From NCBI GenBank assembly GCA_023818695.1, contig JAMWCF010000001.1:275306-339305 (forward strand): DNA of 64,000 bases, given 5' to 3'. Below are positions 43,502-53,540 of this stretch, in pieces; positions within the stretch are counted from its first letter, which is position 1; each line of letters starts with the position of its first letter. The DNA is from Candidatus Omnitrophota bacterium. GTDB lineage: Bacteria; Omnitrophota; Gorgyraeia; 1-14-0-20-64-10. A program made the translations under genes and the position numbers. The notes under the pieces are model-generated. The model was given only the letters and a program-made list of their open reading frames with translations, made no database searches and was not told where the DNA came from.

Positions 43502-44234
43502 AGCGGAACAGAGACAATACGCCGAACTCGGAGGGGATTATTTCTGGCTGGCAGGGAAACGGGGGCTTGCCTGGTCCGTCTTCCGCCAGATCAATCCCGA
43601 CGCCGCCGCAAACGGCAAAGTGCTGGACATCGGCTGCGGACCGGGATACGCCTTCGCGGAGGCGGCCGGCTGGGGGGAGCTTTACGGGCTCGACCCCTCC
43701 AGGGAGGCGCTTCTGTTGTGCCGGCAAAACAGCCGGCAGGGAGCCCGCCTGGTCAACGGATCGGCCGAGCGGCTGCCCTACAAGGACGGCTCTTTCTCAG
43801 TGGTCATCGCGTTTGAGATCTTCGAGCACCTGGAGAACGACGCGGCGGCCATCGGGGAATGCTTCCGGATTCTGCAGCCGGGGGGATGGCTGATCTTCAC
43901 CGTCCCGGCTTTTCAATGGCTGTGGGGAGACCATGATGACCTGTATTTCCATAAAAGACGGTACACAACCGGACAGATGCGGCGACGGCTCCGAGAAGCC
44001 GGCTTCCGGGTCAAACGGCTGACCTATTGCCATGCTTTGTTCACCCTGCCGCTGTGGCTGACGCGGCGCGTAAAAAGATGGACGGCCAACGGCACGAAAC
44101 GGGATGACTTCGTCAGATTATCACCCCGGATGAACCGGTTCCTGACCGGCGTCGTTTTATCGGAATCGATTCTGCTGAAACAGTGGGACATGCCATGTGG
44201 AACGAGCATCATCGGAATCGCCTGCAAATCATAA
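43494..44234 (+). CDS. Class I SAM-dependent methyltransferase
   Basis: VLDIGCGPGYAF, LPYKDGSFSVVIAFEIFEHL, LQPGGWLIFTVP. Confidence 0.85.
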   Translation: MFEAEQRQYAELGGDYFWLAGKRGLAWSVFRQINPDAAANGKVLDIGCGPGYAFAEAAGWGELYGLDPSREALLLCRQNSRQGARLVNGSAERLPYKDGSFSVVIAFEIFEHLENDAAAIGECFRILQPGGWLIFTVPAFQWLWGDHDDLYFHKRRYTTGQMRRRLREAGFRVKRLTYCHALFTLPLWLTRRVKRWTANGTKRDDFVRLSPRMNRFLTGVVLSESILLKQWDMPCGTSIIGIACKS

Positions 44235-45436
44235 TCCTGCTGGGGGCAGCATTTCTTATACGGCTGGCGGCTGGCTGGCTGGCTGGACAGGCGCCGGTGT
44301 CCGCCCCGCTGGAATACGAATGGATCGCCAGGAACATCCTTTCCGGCAGGGGATTCGTCTATGACCATCTCAACACCCCGTATTTGGCGTTCGTCCCGCC
44401 CGCCTACCCGGTCTTCTGCGCCGCCGTCTACGGCGCGACGAAGAACAGTCAGCTGGTTCTGCTGCTGCTGCAGTGCCTGATCAGCGCCCTTACCTGCCTT
44501 CAAGTGACGGCGATCGGCCAACTTCTGCTGAATAACCGAAAGACCGCCCTCTGGGGCGGCTGGCTGACGGCAATCCATCCGGGGATGGTGATCTACGCGA
44601 CCAAGCTGCACCCGATGACAACCGACCTGTTCGTTTATCTCTGGGCCCTGTGGGCCTGGCTGACGCTTTACCGGAAGCCAACCTGGCGTCGGGCGATTGT
44701 CGCGGGGCTGGCTTCAGGAACGGCCCTTCTCTCCCGGGGGACCATCGCCTATTTCACCCTTTTTGCCGCCGTTTTTTATATCCTGCGGTTCCGAGGCAGC
44801 GCGGCAATGCTGCGAAAACTCATGCCGGCGCTGATTCTATCAGCCCTGCTGGTGATGCCGTGGCTTATCCGAAACGCCGTCCATTTCGGGAGATTCCCGC
44901 TTTACATGACCACCAGCGGGGAACTGCTCTGGCGCGGGAACAACCCGGCGGCCAGCGGGTCGGCTCTGCGGCCAGACGGCACCTCGGTGCTTTCCGCAGC
45001 CCCTGAGCCGTTTCGAAAAGAGCTTCTCACTCTCGGTGAGCTGGATCAGAATCGGCTTTTCTTCGAAACCGCCAAGCGGTTCATCATTGAAAATCCGGTG
45101 TGGGCGCTGAAGCTTTACGCGAAAAAATGGGTTGCTTTCTGGACATTCTCTCCGCAAACCGGACTGTGGTACCCCAAGTCGTACGTTTTCATCTACTACC
45201 CCTTCTATCTCCTGACAATTCTCCTGGCGACGGCGGGAGCATGGGCTCACCGGCACCGTCTGCGGACCCCCGAAGGGATCCTTCTGGCCGGCTTCATCCT
45301 CTCCATCTGCATGACGCAAAGCATCTTTTACGTTGAAGGAAGGCACCGGTGGACGGTGGAGCCGCTGCTGCTGGCGGCCGCGGGCCTGCTGACGATGCTT
45401 CGCCGTCCCTCGACGGTCATGGAGCCGGAGTCATGA
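44195..45436 (+). CDS. GT-C fold membrane glycosyltransferase (GT39/GT83, ArnT/PMT_2-like)
   Basis: EYEWIARNILSGRGFVY...AFVPPAYPVFCAAVYG, LLSRGT, and many TM segments. Start may be ATG 44195 or GTG 44183; both overlap the upstream methyltransferase gene. Confidence 0.75.
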   Translation: MWNEHHRNRLQIIILLGAAFLIRLAAGWLAGQAPVSAPLEYEWIARNILSGRGFVYDHLNTPYLAFVPPAYPVFCAAVYGATKNSQLVLLLLQCLISALTCLQVTAIGQLLLNNRKTALWGGWLTAIHPGMVIYATKLHPMTTDLFVYLWALWAWLTLYRKPTWRRAIVAGLASGTALLSRGTIAYFTLFAAVFYILRFRGSAAMLRKLMPALILSALLVMPWLIRNAVHFGRFPLYMTTSGELLWRGNNPAASGSALRPDGTSVLSAAPEPFRKELLTLGELDQNRLFFETAKRFIIENPVWALKLYAKKWVAFWTFSPQTGLWYPKSYVFIYYPFYLLTILLATAGAWAHRHRLRTPEGILLAGFILSICMTQSIFYVEGRHRWTVEPLLLAAAGLLTMLRRPSTVMEPES

Positions 45437-46518
45437 GCGCCCCTCTGGTTTCGGTGCTCGTGCCGACGCGCGACCGGATCGGCTTCCTGAAGAAAAGTCT
45501 GGCGACGATCCTCAACCAGACGTTCCACTCCATCGAGATCCTGATCGGCGACAACGCCTCGACCGACGGCACGGCGGAACTCTGCCGGCAAACGGCCGCG
45601 GCCGACTCCAGGGTTCGGCATCTGCGGTCGGAGACCCCTTTGAGCATCTACGCCAACCACAACCGTCTTATTGAGCAGGCACAGGGCGATTACCTCTGCT
45701 TCCTCCATGACGATGATGAATTTGACCAGACGCTGCTTCAGGAAGAGGTCTCCTTTTTCAACGTCCACCCTCTGGCCGGCATCGTCTCGCCGGATTGGAC
45801 CCTTATCGATGAGGAGGGGAAGGTGCTGGGAACAAGGGACCACGCGGTTCCGGAGCTCGAAGAGGGTCCGGCCTTCATCGAGCGGACCTTGCGGGCAGGG
45901 CAGTCCAGTGTCGGGCTCTCCGGGACGATGATCCGCCGCGCGGCTTTGCTGGGAACTCGATTCGATGAATCGGGGCCTGTCGGGTTCGGGGATTTCGCTT
46001 TCTGGTTCGAGATTTCGGAACGGGCTTCCGTGGGGCATATCCCCAAGCGGCTCTATTTCTACCGGCTCCACACCCGTTCCCACAGCCGCAAATCGATCCT
46101 CTCCATCGCGCAGGACTACCAAAGGGCTCTTCTGACCTATTGCGACAATCACCTGAAGCGCTGGCCGAAACACGAAACCCTGGTCAGCGGCTGGCGCCAC
46201 CTGATCAACCGCTATCTTTTTTGGCTGATGGCTTACAGCATCAGTCTCCATTTCAGCAAAAGCGGCTCCAACGGAAAACCGGCGTCCAACGGCCATACCT
46301 CGGGGAGGTACCGAACTGTCTTGGATCTGATGGACATGCGATTGACGGAAGCAGAGTTCCGGGAGCTTTTGGCCCAATTCCGGTCTCTGCGGACAGGGCC
46401 CGTTGAAGCAATCGCCCGGGGAGCCATCAACTTCTTTGTAGCAACCCGGTGGACCTGGCCGCTCCAGCAGCTGGCCCCTCACGCGCCGGCTTTCCGGGGG
46501 ATTCTGAAACTCCAATGA
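45433..46518 (+). CDS. Glycosyltransferase family 2
   Basis: VSVLVPTRDR...GDNASTDGT...FLHDDDEF. ATGA overlap upstream. Confidence 0.85.
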   Translation: MSAPLVSVLVPTRDRIGFLKKSLATILNQTFHSIEILIGDNASTDGTAELCRQTAAADSRVRHLRSETPLSIYANHNRLIEQAQGDYLCFLHDDDEFDQTLLQEEVSFFNVHPLAGIVSPDWTLIDEEGKVLGTRDHAVPELEEGPAFIERTLRAGQSSVGLSGTMIRRAALLGTRFDESGPVGFGDFAFWFEISERASVGHIPKRLYFYRLHTRSHSRKSILSIAQDYQRALLTYCDNHLKRWPKHETLVSGWRHLINRYLFWLMAYSISLHFSKSGSNGKPASNGHTSGRYRTVLDLMDMRLTEAEFRELLAQFRSLRTGPVEAIARGAINFFVATRWTWPLQQLAPHAPAFRGILKLQ

Positions 46519-48410
46519 AACAGCTCCATCAGGAAATAGAGGAGGCAGCCCCCCCAGCCGGAACAAAGGGGGCGTCCGTGCAGGACATCGTCTGCATCTC
46601 CTCCATTGACTGGGATTTCATCTGGCAGGGACACCAGCAGATCATGTCGACCCTCGCGGAGCAGGGAAACCGGGTCCTGTTCATCGAGAACACCGGCATC
46701 CGGTCCGTCACGCTGTCCGACACCCCTCGCCTGAAAAAACGGCTGATGAGATGGCTCAAGAGCGTCCGGGGGTTCCGCCAGGAGATGCCGAATCTGTACG
46801 TCTATTCACCGCTGGGGCTGCCCTTTCCCTATTCCCGCCTGGCCAGATGGATCAACCGGTGGATGATCCTCCAGGACCTGCGCCGATGGATGAAGGTGGT
46901 GCAGTTCGGCAATCCGGTCGTCTGGACCTTCCTGCCAACCCCGCTGGCGATGAACCTGATAGATGCGATCAATCCCCAGGCGGTTATCTACTACTGCATC
47001 GACAACTTCGCCGCCAGTTCCCCGGCGGCCCGGAAGATCCGGCGGGCCGAAAGTCAGATGTTCCGAAAAGCGGACCTCGTCTTCGTGACATCCCACCAGC
47101 TGAAGGATTACGCCTCGGCGCACAGCAAAAAAGTCCATCTGTTCCCGTTCGGGGTGGATTACGAAACTTTCGAGAAGCACCGGGAGGGACCGCAGCGCCC
47201 GGAACCGGCCGATATCGCCCGGATCCCGCGGCCGCGTGCCGGATATGTCGGAGGGATCCACCAATGGGTGGACCTCAACCTGCTGAAGGAGACCGCCCGG
47301 CTCTGCCCTGATCTGCAATTCGTCCTCATCGGCCCGGTCCAAACCGACATTCGGCCGATCCGAGGGATCGGCAACATCCATCTGCTGGGAACCAAACCGC
47401 ACGAATCGCTGCCGGATTACATCCGCTGCTTCGATGCCGGCATCATCCCGTACCGGCTGACCGACTACACCGACAACGTCTACCCGACGAAAACGAACGA
47501 GTATCTGGCCATGGGCAAACCGGTGGTCTCTACCCCTCTGAAAGAGATCATGCTTTTCAATCAGACCCACGGCGAAACGATCCGGATCGCCGCCTCCCCG
47601 GAGGAGTTCGGCGGCCGGATCCGTGAATCGATCCGGCATCACGACGCCGGGCGGCTGACCGCCATCGCCAGGGAAAACGGCTGGCTGTCCAGGATCCAGA
47701 AGATGACGGAGCTGATCGACCGCACAATCCAGGAGCGTGCCGCCGGCCGGCAACTGCGCTGGCGGGAACAGTTCATCGATTTCACCCGGACGGCCCAGAG
47801 ACGAGTGATCAAATCGGTCGTGGGGGCGGCGGCCCTGGTTGGACTCCTTCTTTATACGCCGCTTCCCTGGTGGGCCGCCTCCCCCCTGAAGATATCGGAA
47901 CCGCCGCGGCCAGCTGACGCGATCGTGGTGCTCGGCGGCGGCGTCGGGGAATCGGGCAAAGCGGGGCAGGGGTATGAGGAGAGGGTCCAGCAGGCGGTGG
48001 CGCTTTACCGGCGCGGGCTGGCCGGAAAGATCCTCTTCTCCTCCGGCTACATCCATATCTTTCACGAACCGGAAGTGATGAAGGCGCTGGCCGTCTCCCT
48101 CGGGGTGCCGGCTTCAGACATCCTCCTCGAAACGGAAGCGGCCAACACGCGTGAAAATGCCCTCCAGGTCGCCGAAATCGCCTCGGCCAACGGCTGGCAG
48201 TCGATCCTGCTGGTCAGCTCCCCCTATCACATGCGCCGAGCGGAGCTGACGTTCGCCAAACAGAAGCCGCAGCTGAACGTCATCAGCGTCCCGGTCGACA
48301 ACTCCCTTTTCTACGCCAGGAAACGGATCGGCATGACATGGGAACAGCTGCTGGGTATTCTGCACGAATACCTGGCTCTCGTCTATTACCGACTCAAGCG
48401 CTGGATTTGA
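46515..48410 (+). CDS. Fusion protein: GT-B group-1 glycosyltransferase (TuaH-like), one TM segment, and a DUF218/YdcF-ElyC-like domain
   Basis: N-terminus: [21 protein letters not shown]...FIENTG, then [14 protein letters not shown]...[17 protein letters not shown] hydrophobic segment follows ([23 protein letters not shown]). C-terminus: [11 protein letters not shown]...TRENA...[13 protein letters not shown], a DUF218 pattern. Confidence 0.75.
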   Translation: MKQLHQEIEEAAPPAGTKGASVQDIVCISSIDWDFIWQGHQQIMSTLAEQGNRVLFIENTGIRSVTLSDTPRLKKRLMRWLKSVRGFRQEMPNLYVYSPLGLPFPYSRLARWINRWMILQDLRRWMKVVQFGNPVVWTFLPTPLAMNLIDAINPQAVIYYCIDNFAASSPAARKIRRAESQMFRKADLVFVTSHQLKDYASAHSKKVHLFPFGVDYETFEKHREGPQRPEPADIARIPRPRAGYVGGIHQWVDLNLLKETARLCPDLQFVLIGPVQTDIRPIRGIGNIHLLGTKPHESLPDYIRCFDAGIIPYRLTDYTDNVYPTKTNEYLAMGKPVVSTPLKEIMLFNQTHGETIRIAASPEEFGGRIRESIRHHDAGRLTAIARENGWLSRIQKMTELIDRTIQERAAGRQLRWREQFIDFTRTAQRRVIKSVVGAAALVGLLLYTPLPWWAASPLKISEPPRPADAIVVLGGGVGESGKAGQGYEERVQQAVALYRRGLAGKILFSSGYIHIFHEPEVMKALAVSLGVPASDILLETEAANTRENALQVAEIASANGWQSILLVSSPYHMRRAELTFAKQKPQLNVISVPVDNSLFYARKRIGMTWEQLLGILHEYLALVYYRLKRWI

Positions 48411-49405
48411 TGAAAACAGCGTTCTGGAAGAGCAAAAGGGTAACCCTCACGGGAGGGAGCGGGTTCCTCGGCTCTCACATCGCGACCCTCTTGAAAGAAA
48501 TGGGCTGTCGAAACCTCTTCATCCCGCGCCGCCGGGAGTTTGACCTGCGGCAACGGGAAGCGGTCGTCCGGATGTATAAAAAATCCCGCCCGGAAATCCT
48601 GATCCACGCGGCGGCGGTGGTGGGTGGGATCGGTGCCAACCGGCGCGCCCCGGGAACCTTTCTCTACGACAACGCGATCATGGGCCTGCAGGTGATCGAG
48701 ATGGCCCGGCAATTCGGCGTCAAAAAGTTCGTCCTCATCGGCACCACCTGCTCCTATCCAAAATTCACGCCGGTCCCGTTTAAAGAAGAGGACCTGTGGA
48801 ATGGCTACCCGGAGGAGACCAACGCCCCGTACGGGATCGCCAAAAAGGTGCTGATCGCCCAGATTCAGGCCTACCGGAAACAGTACCCCGATTTCCACGG
48901 CATCAGTCTGATCCCGGTCAACCTCTTCGGGCCGGGGGATAACTTCAACCTGCAGACCTCCCACGTAATCCCGGCCATGGTCCGGAAATTCTCCGAGGCG
49001 ACGGAGAAGAAAAAGAAACAGGTGACCCTCTGGGGAACAGGCACCCCGACCAGGGAGTTCCTTTACGTCGAAGACTGCGCGGAGGGGATCGTCATGGCCG
49101 CCGAGAAATACGATTCCCTGGAACCGGTGAACCTTGGATCGGGGCTGGAGATCTCCATCAAAAACCTGGCCGAAAAAATCGCCGATCTGATCGGCTTCAA
49201 GGGAGAGATCCTGTGGGACGCCTCCCAGCCGGACGGACAGCCCAAACGGCGGCTGGATACCTCCAAGGCGGTGGCCGGCTTCGGGTTCAGGGCGCGGACT
49301 CCCCTTGAGGTTGGCCTTGAGAAAACCATCCGCTGGTATCGCTTGAACCGCAGTTCCATTGAACGGGAGAAAGAACTGGACGCATGTGCGGTATTGCAGG
49401 AATAG
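48410..49405 (+). CDS. fcl: GDP-L-fucose synthase (GDP-4-keto-6-deoxymannose 3,5-epimerase/4-reductase)
   Basis: [74 protein letters not shown] 48410 overlaps the upstream TGA by 1 nt. Confidence 0.85.
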   Translation: MKTAFWKSKRVTLTGGSGFLGSHIATLLKEMGCRNLFIPRRREFDLRQREAVVRMYKKSRPEILIHAAAVVGGIGANRRAPGTFLYDNAIMGLQVIEMARQFGVKKFVLIGTTCSYPKFTPVPFKEEDLWNGYPEETNAPYGIAKKVLIAQIQAYRKQYPDFHGISLIPVNLFGPGDNFNLQTSHVIPAMVRKFSEATEKKKKQVTLWGTGTPTREFLYVEDCAEGIVMAAEKYDSLEPVNLGSGLEISIKNLAEKIADLIGFKGEILWDASQPDGQPKRRLDTSKAVAGFGFRARTPLEVGLEKTIRWYRLNRSSIEREKELDACAVLQE

Positions 49406-51351
49406 TTGACGCGGCAGGCGGGCCGGTTGACAAGACGTTGCTGCGCCGCATGACCAGCGCCCTCGCCCACAGGGGACCGGACGCGGAAGGATATTATTTC
49501 AATCCCGCCGCCCGCTTGGGATCCGGGCAGGGGCAGATCAGCGCCGCCTTCGGTCACCGGCGCCTGAAGGTCATCGACCTGGATGCCGGCATCCAGCCGA
49601 TGGGATCGCCGGATGAGTCCTTATGGATCGTCTTCAATGGCGAGATCTACAACTACAAGGAACTCCGGGAAGAGTTGATCGCCCGGGGGCGGAGCTTCCG
49701 GACGAAGTCGGACACCGAAGTGATCCTCCAGGCCTACGAGGAGCAGGGCCCCGACTGCGTGACCCGGTTCCGGGGGATGTTCGCTTTTGCCCTCTGGGAC
49801 CAGAAGCGTCAGCGGCTGATGCTGGCCAGGGACCGGCTCGGCAAGAAACCCCTTGTCTACACCCATCAGAACGGACGGCTGATCTTCTCCTCCCAGATGG
49901 ATTCCCTCCTGCAGCACCCGGATCTGAAAAGCCGGCTGGACGCGGCCGCGATCCACCATTACCTGACATTCATGTGCGTGCCGGCCCCCCGGACCGCCTT
50001 CGAAGGGATCCGGAAGCTCCCTCCGGCCCATTACGCCCTTTATGATGGGCGGCAGCTGCAGATCACCCGCTACTGGAACCTCAATTTCCACACAAAGAGA
50101 AAGATCCAGCTGGATGAAGCAGTTTGTGAAACACAGCGGCTCCTGGAGGAATCGGTCCGTCTGCGGCTGCGTTCCGACGTGCCGCTGGGGGTTCTTTTAA
50201 GCGGAGGGGTAGACTCCTCCGCCGTCGTGTCGATTGCCAGCCGACTGGCGAACCGCCGGATCAAGACCTTTTCCATCGGCTTCGAGGAGTCCCAGTTCAA
50301 CGAACTGCCGCACGCCGGAGTGGTCGCCCGCCGGTTCAACACCGACCACCGGGAGCAGATCGTCCGGCCGGATGCCTCCTCCGTCATCCCGACGCTGGTC
50401 AGACAGTTCGGGGAGCCGTTCGCCGATTCCTCCGCCCTGCCGACCTATTACCTGGCCGAGATGGCTAGAAGAGAAGTGACCGTCGTCCTCAATGGCGACG
50501 GGGGGGATGAGGCGTTCGGCGGCTATTACAGGCAGTTGGCGATGCGTCTGGCCGATTGCTACGGCGATCTGCCAGCATGGCTTCGCCGGGGCCTGCTGGA
50601 CCCGGTCCTCGGCTCCTGGCCGGACCGGCTGGCCTTCGCCAACGGCCGGATGAGCCCGAAAAGATTCTTCCAGGGAGCCAGCCGACCGAGGGCCGAGCGG
50701 TGGGTCTCCTGGATTGGGCTTTTTTCCGAAGAGGAGAAGCGCCGCCTGTACACCCCCTTCATGCGAACCCAGACCGGCGCCGAAGACTCTGCGGAGCTGA
50801 TGCGCCTCTCTTTCCGGGGACTTGAGGAGCTGGACGGCGTGGATGCCGCGCTCGCCGTGGACACCTCCTTTTATCTGCCGAATGACCTGCTCGTTAAAAT
50901 GGACATCTGCTCCATGGCGCACGGCCTGGAGGCCAGGTCCCCTCTGCTGGACCAGGTGTTATTGGAGTTCACCGCCTCTTTGCCGGGCCGGATGAAGGTG
51001 CCAGGCCGGACATTAAAGTTTCTCCTGAAGGAAACGCAGAAGGAGTTCCTGCCGGCCGACCACCTGAACAGACCCAAGCAGGGGTTCGCCATCCCGGTTG
51101 CCCAGTGGTTTCGGGACCCTCTGCGCCAGTGGCTTGAAGGAATCCTTCTTTCCGACACAGCCAATCTCCACGCTTACATCCGTAAGGAAGGCATTAAAAC
51201 TTTGGTCGACCAGCACACCTCCGGCATGAAGGACCACGGACACCGCCTCTGGGCGCTGCTGATGCTGGAGCTGTGGCTCCAGCAGTTCATAGATGAAAGA
51301 CCGCGGGTGAGGGAGGACAGCGCCGTCGCGGAAACGGGCCGCCTCCCATGA
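49384..51351 (+). CDS. Asparagine synthase (glutamine-hydrolysing)-like amidotransferase (AsnB/WbpS type)
   Basis: MCGIAGI (Ntn Cys2), HRGPD, the [10 protein letters not shown]-loop, and a C-terminal AsnB pattern. Confidence 0.9.
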   Translation: MCGIAGIVDAAGGPVDKTLLRRMTSALAHRGPDAEGYYFNPAARLGSGQGQISAAFGHRRLKVIDLDAGIQPMGSPDESLWIVFNGEIYNYKELREELIARGRSFRTKSDTEVILQAYEEQGPDCVTRFRGMFAFALWDQKRQRLMLARDRLGKKPLVYTHQNGRLIFSSQMDSLLQHPDLKSRLDAAAIHHYLTFMCVPAPRTAFEGIRKLPPAHYALYDGRQLQITRYWNLNFHTKRKIQLDEAVCETQRLLEESVRLRLRSDVPLGVLLSGGVDSSAVVSIASRLANRRIKTFSIGFEESQFNELPHAGVVARRFNTDHREQIVRPDASSVIPTLVRQFGEPFADSSALPTYYLAEMARREVTVVLNGDGGDEAFGGYYRQLAMRLADCYGDLPAWLRRGLLDPVLGSWPDRLAFANGRMSPKRFFQGASRPRAERWVSWIGLFSEEEKRRLYTPFMRTQTGAEDSAELMRLSFRGLEELDGVDAALAVDTSFYLPNDLLVKMDICSMAHGLEARSPLLDQVLLEFTASLPGRMKVPGRTLKFLLKETQKEFLPADHLNRPKQGFAIPVAQWFRDPLRQWLEGILLSDTANLHAYIRKEGIKTLVDQHTSGMKDHGHRLWALLMLELWLQQFIDERPRVREDSAVAETGRLP

Positions 51352-53540
51352 AATCCAAATGGAAGTGGATCATCAGCATCGCTGTTCTTGCCGGCTGGTG
51401 GTTCGCCCCGACATCAATCCCTCTGCTGGCTGGGACATTCCTCTTTCTCGGCCTGGCCTGGTGGGGCTTCCTGATCGCCGGTTCGATGAAACCAGACCGG
51501 ACGCTGTGGCGGCTGATCCTGACGGCGGCGGGCCTGCGGCTGGCCGCCGCCTTCGGGCTGTATTTCTGTTCTTTCTTCCGCTGGCCGCTTTTCATTTTTC
51601 AACAGCATGAGGTCCCCGGCTACTGGTGGTTCGCCATGGACTCCCTGGCGGCCCACCTCTACGGGGAAGGGACCTGGTTTTCCTGGATGACAGGGGCCCC
51701 GTACCCCGTCTATACCCACGGGGCCATCGAGTATTACCTCTTCCTGGCTGTCATCTACTGGCTGTTCGGAGTGCATCCCCTCTTCGGCATCCTAGCCAAC
51801 GTCTGGTTCTCGATCCTCCAGGTCCTCCTCGCCTACAAAATCGTGGAGCGGCTGTTCAACAAAAGGAGCGCCCTGCTGGCGGCATGGCTGGTCGCCCTGT
51901 GGCCCTCCGGCATCCTCTGGGCGACACAGCTTCTCAAGGACACCCTCTGCGGCTTTTTCGTTTTATCGATCCTGCTGGCCAGTATCGCCCTGTGGCAATC
52001 GGCCTCCATCCGGCAGGAACAACCATGGCTTCGGCGGGTTGGATGGTTCCTGTTGCTGGCCTTCTCGATGGCCGCCACCACCAAATTCCGGTCCTACCTT
52101 GGGATCGCTCTCGCCCTTTCGGTGGCGATGGCATTCGGAGCCGGTCTGCTTTGGTCGCTCATCCGGCGCCGGGCGGGACCCGCAACGATGGCTGTTCTGA
52201 TCTCCTGCGTGTCGGTGGGGAGCATGGTTTTCGCGTACCAGACCCCTTATCCGCAGAGGTGGTTTACCATTGACTACGCGATCGACCGGACCGGCCGGCT
52301 CAAAGCTCTTTTCGATCAACAAGCGGCCTCGGAATCCTGGATCCTTTACGAAGGTGCTTCATGGGACGCCATCATCTACGAGGGTGCTTCATGGGACGCC
52401 ATCATCGGCGAAGCGATGAAGAAGCGGGCCCTGACGGTCCATCAGATCGTGGAGTTTTACAAACCCGCCGGCGTTCTGATCGATATGAAAGAGGGAGAAA
52501 AACCGACCCCCTCGATGAGGCCGGTCGGTCCCCGGCTCTTCGACATCCCGGATCCCCGGCTCGTCCGGGTCTGGGCCATTAACCCCCGACGGATTGAGAT
52601 CCATCGTCCCTGGCAGGAGGCCTCCTTCAGGATAGAGGGAAAAAAATATACCAATCTTTGGCAGGAGGAACGGATCAGCCTTCGTTCATTCTGGTCCTCC
52701 CTCTGGCCAGCCGGTCAATTCAAAGCAATCGCTCAACGATGGAAGGCGCCGAAGATCCGGACCCATTACCGGAAAGCAGACAGCGCCATGCTGGAATCGG
52801 CGGATCTGCTCATCTGGGAGATATCGGCGACGATGGGTGACGACGGCGACATCACCTATTTCTCCCTTTACGATCCGGTGCGGGTACGCTTCCTGAACCC
52901 TCGCGAAGTGATCACCGAACAAAACGGACGGGCGGCGAATGCGCGGGTCGCTTACAGGTCTCTGTATGATCTCATGACGTGGGGATGGGGCATCCGGCCC
53001 AGGCAGATATTCCCGATAACGATCTGCCGGCCGGCCATCACCCTCGTCGAAATGAACATGCAGGCCGTTGTCTCCTCCTTCGCGGCCCAGGCCTCACTGC
53101 GGAGCTTCATGAGTGTCCGGCTGGGGATCCTCAACGAGGGGGGACGTTCCACCATCTACCCGGAAAGCACGTTCCGGACATCGGACGACCTGATCCGCTT
53201 CATCCCGAAAGCGCTGGCCGTCTCCTGGCTCTCTCCGTTCCCGCACCAATGGTTCGATCCTTATCCCACCACGGGAGCCTTCATGCTTTTTGGATCAGTC
53301 GAGACCTTCGTTTTTTATCTGCTGCTGCCCTGGATCCTGCTGGGGGGATGGCGGCTGATCCGGCACGGCCAGGCGGCCAGCTGGGCTGTGGTGGGATTCA
53401 TCCTTTTCTCCTCCCTGATCCTGGGCCTCGTGATCCCGAACGTCGGAACCCTGTTTCGCCTGCGCTTACCGATGATCCTGGCCTGTCTCCTTCTCTTCCC
53501 AATGGGGGCCTTGAAGAATGGAGAAGACGCCAAAGCGTAA
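51348..53540 (+). CDS. Large polytopic membrane protein, uncharacterised; paralog of 18120..19502 with a soluble insertion of about 270 aa
   Basis: Shares WPSGILWATQLLKDT and the C-terminal IPNVGTLFRLRLPMILACLLLF with the 460-aa protein at 18120. The central hydrophilic region (roughly aa 300-570) has no counterpart in the shorter paralog. Confidence 0.65.
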   Translation: MKSKWKWIISIAVLAGWWFAPTSIPLLAGTFLFLGLAWWGFLIAGSMKPDRTLWRLILTAAGLRLAAAFGLYFCSFFRWPLFIFQQHEVPGYWWFAMDSLAAHLYGEGTWFSWMTGAPYPVYTHGAIEYYLFLAVIYWLFGVHPLFGILANVWFSILQVLLAYKIVERLFNKRSALLAAWLVALWPSGILWATQLLKDTLCGFFVLSILLASIALWQSASIRQEQPWLRRVGWFLLLAFSMAATTKFRSYLGIALALSVAMAFGAGLLWSLIRRRAGPATMAVLISCVSVGSMVFAYQTPYPQRWFTIDYAIDRTGRLKALFDQQAASESWILYEGASWDAIIYEGASWDAIIGEAMKKRALTVHQIVEFYKPAGVLIDMKEGEKPTPSMRPVGPRLFDIPDPRLVRVWAINPRRIEIHRPWQEASFRIEGKKYTNLWQEERISLRSFWSSLWPAGQFKAIAQRWKAPKIRTHYRKADSAMLESADLLIWEISATMGDDGDITYFSLYDPVRVRFLNPREVITEQNGRAANARVAYRSLYDLMTWGWGIRPRQIFPITICRPAITLVEMNMQAVVSSFAAQASLRSFMSVRLGILNEGGRSTIYPESTFRTSDDLIRFIPKALAVSWLSPFPHQWFDPYPTTGAFMLFGSVETFVFYLLLPWILLGGWRLIRHGQAASWAVVGFILFSSLILGLVIPNVGTLFRLRLPMILACLLLFPMGALKNGEDAKA
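52347..52406 (+). repeat. In-frame 30-bp tandem duplication (2 copies, 1 synonymous mismatch) encoding YEGASWDAII twice
   Basis: 52347..52376 reads tacgaaggtgcttcatgggacgccatcatc. 52377..52406 reads tacgagggtgcttcatgggacgccatcatc. Both are in the reading frame of the 51348 CDS. Confidence 0.95.
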
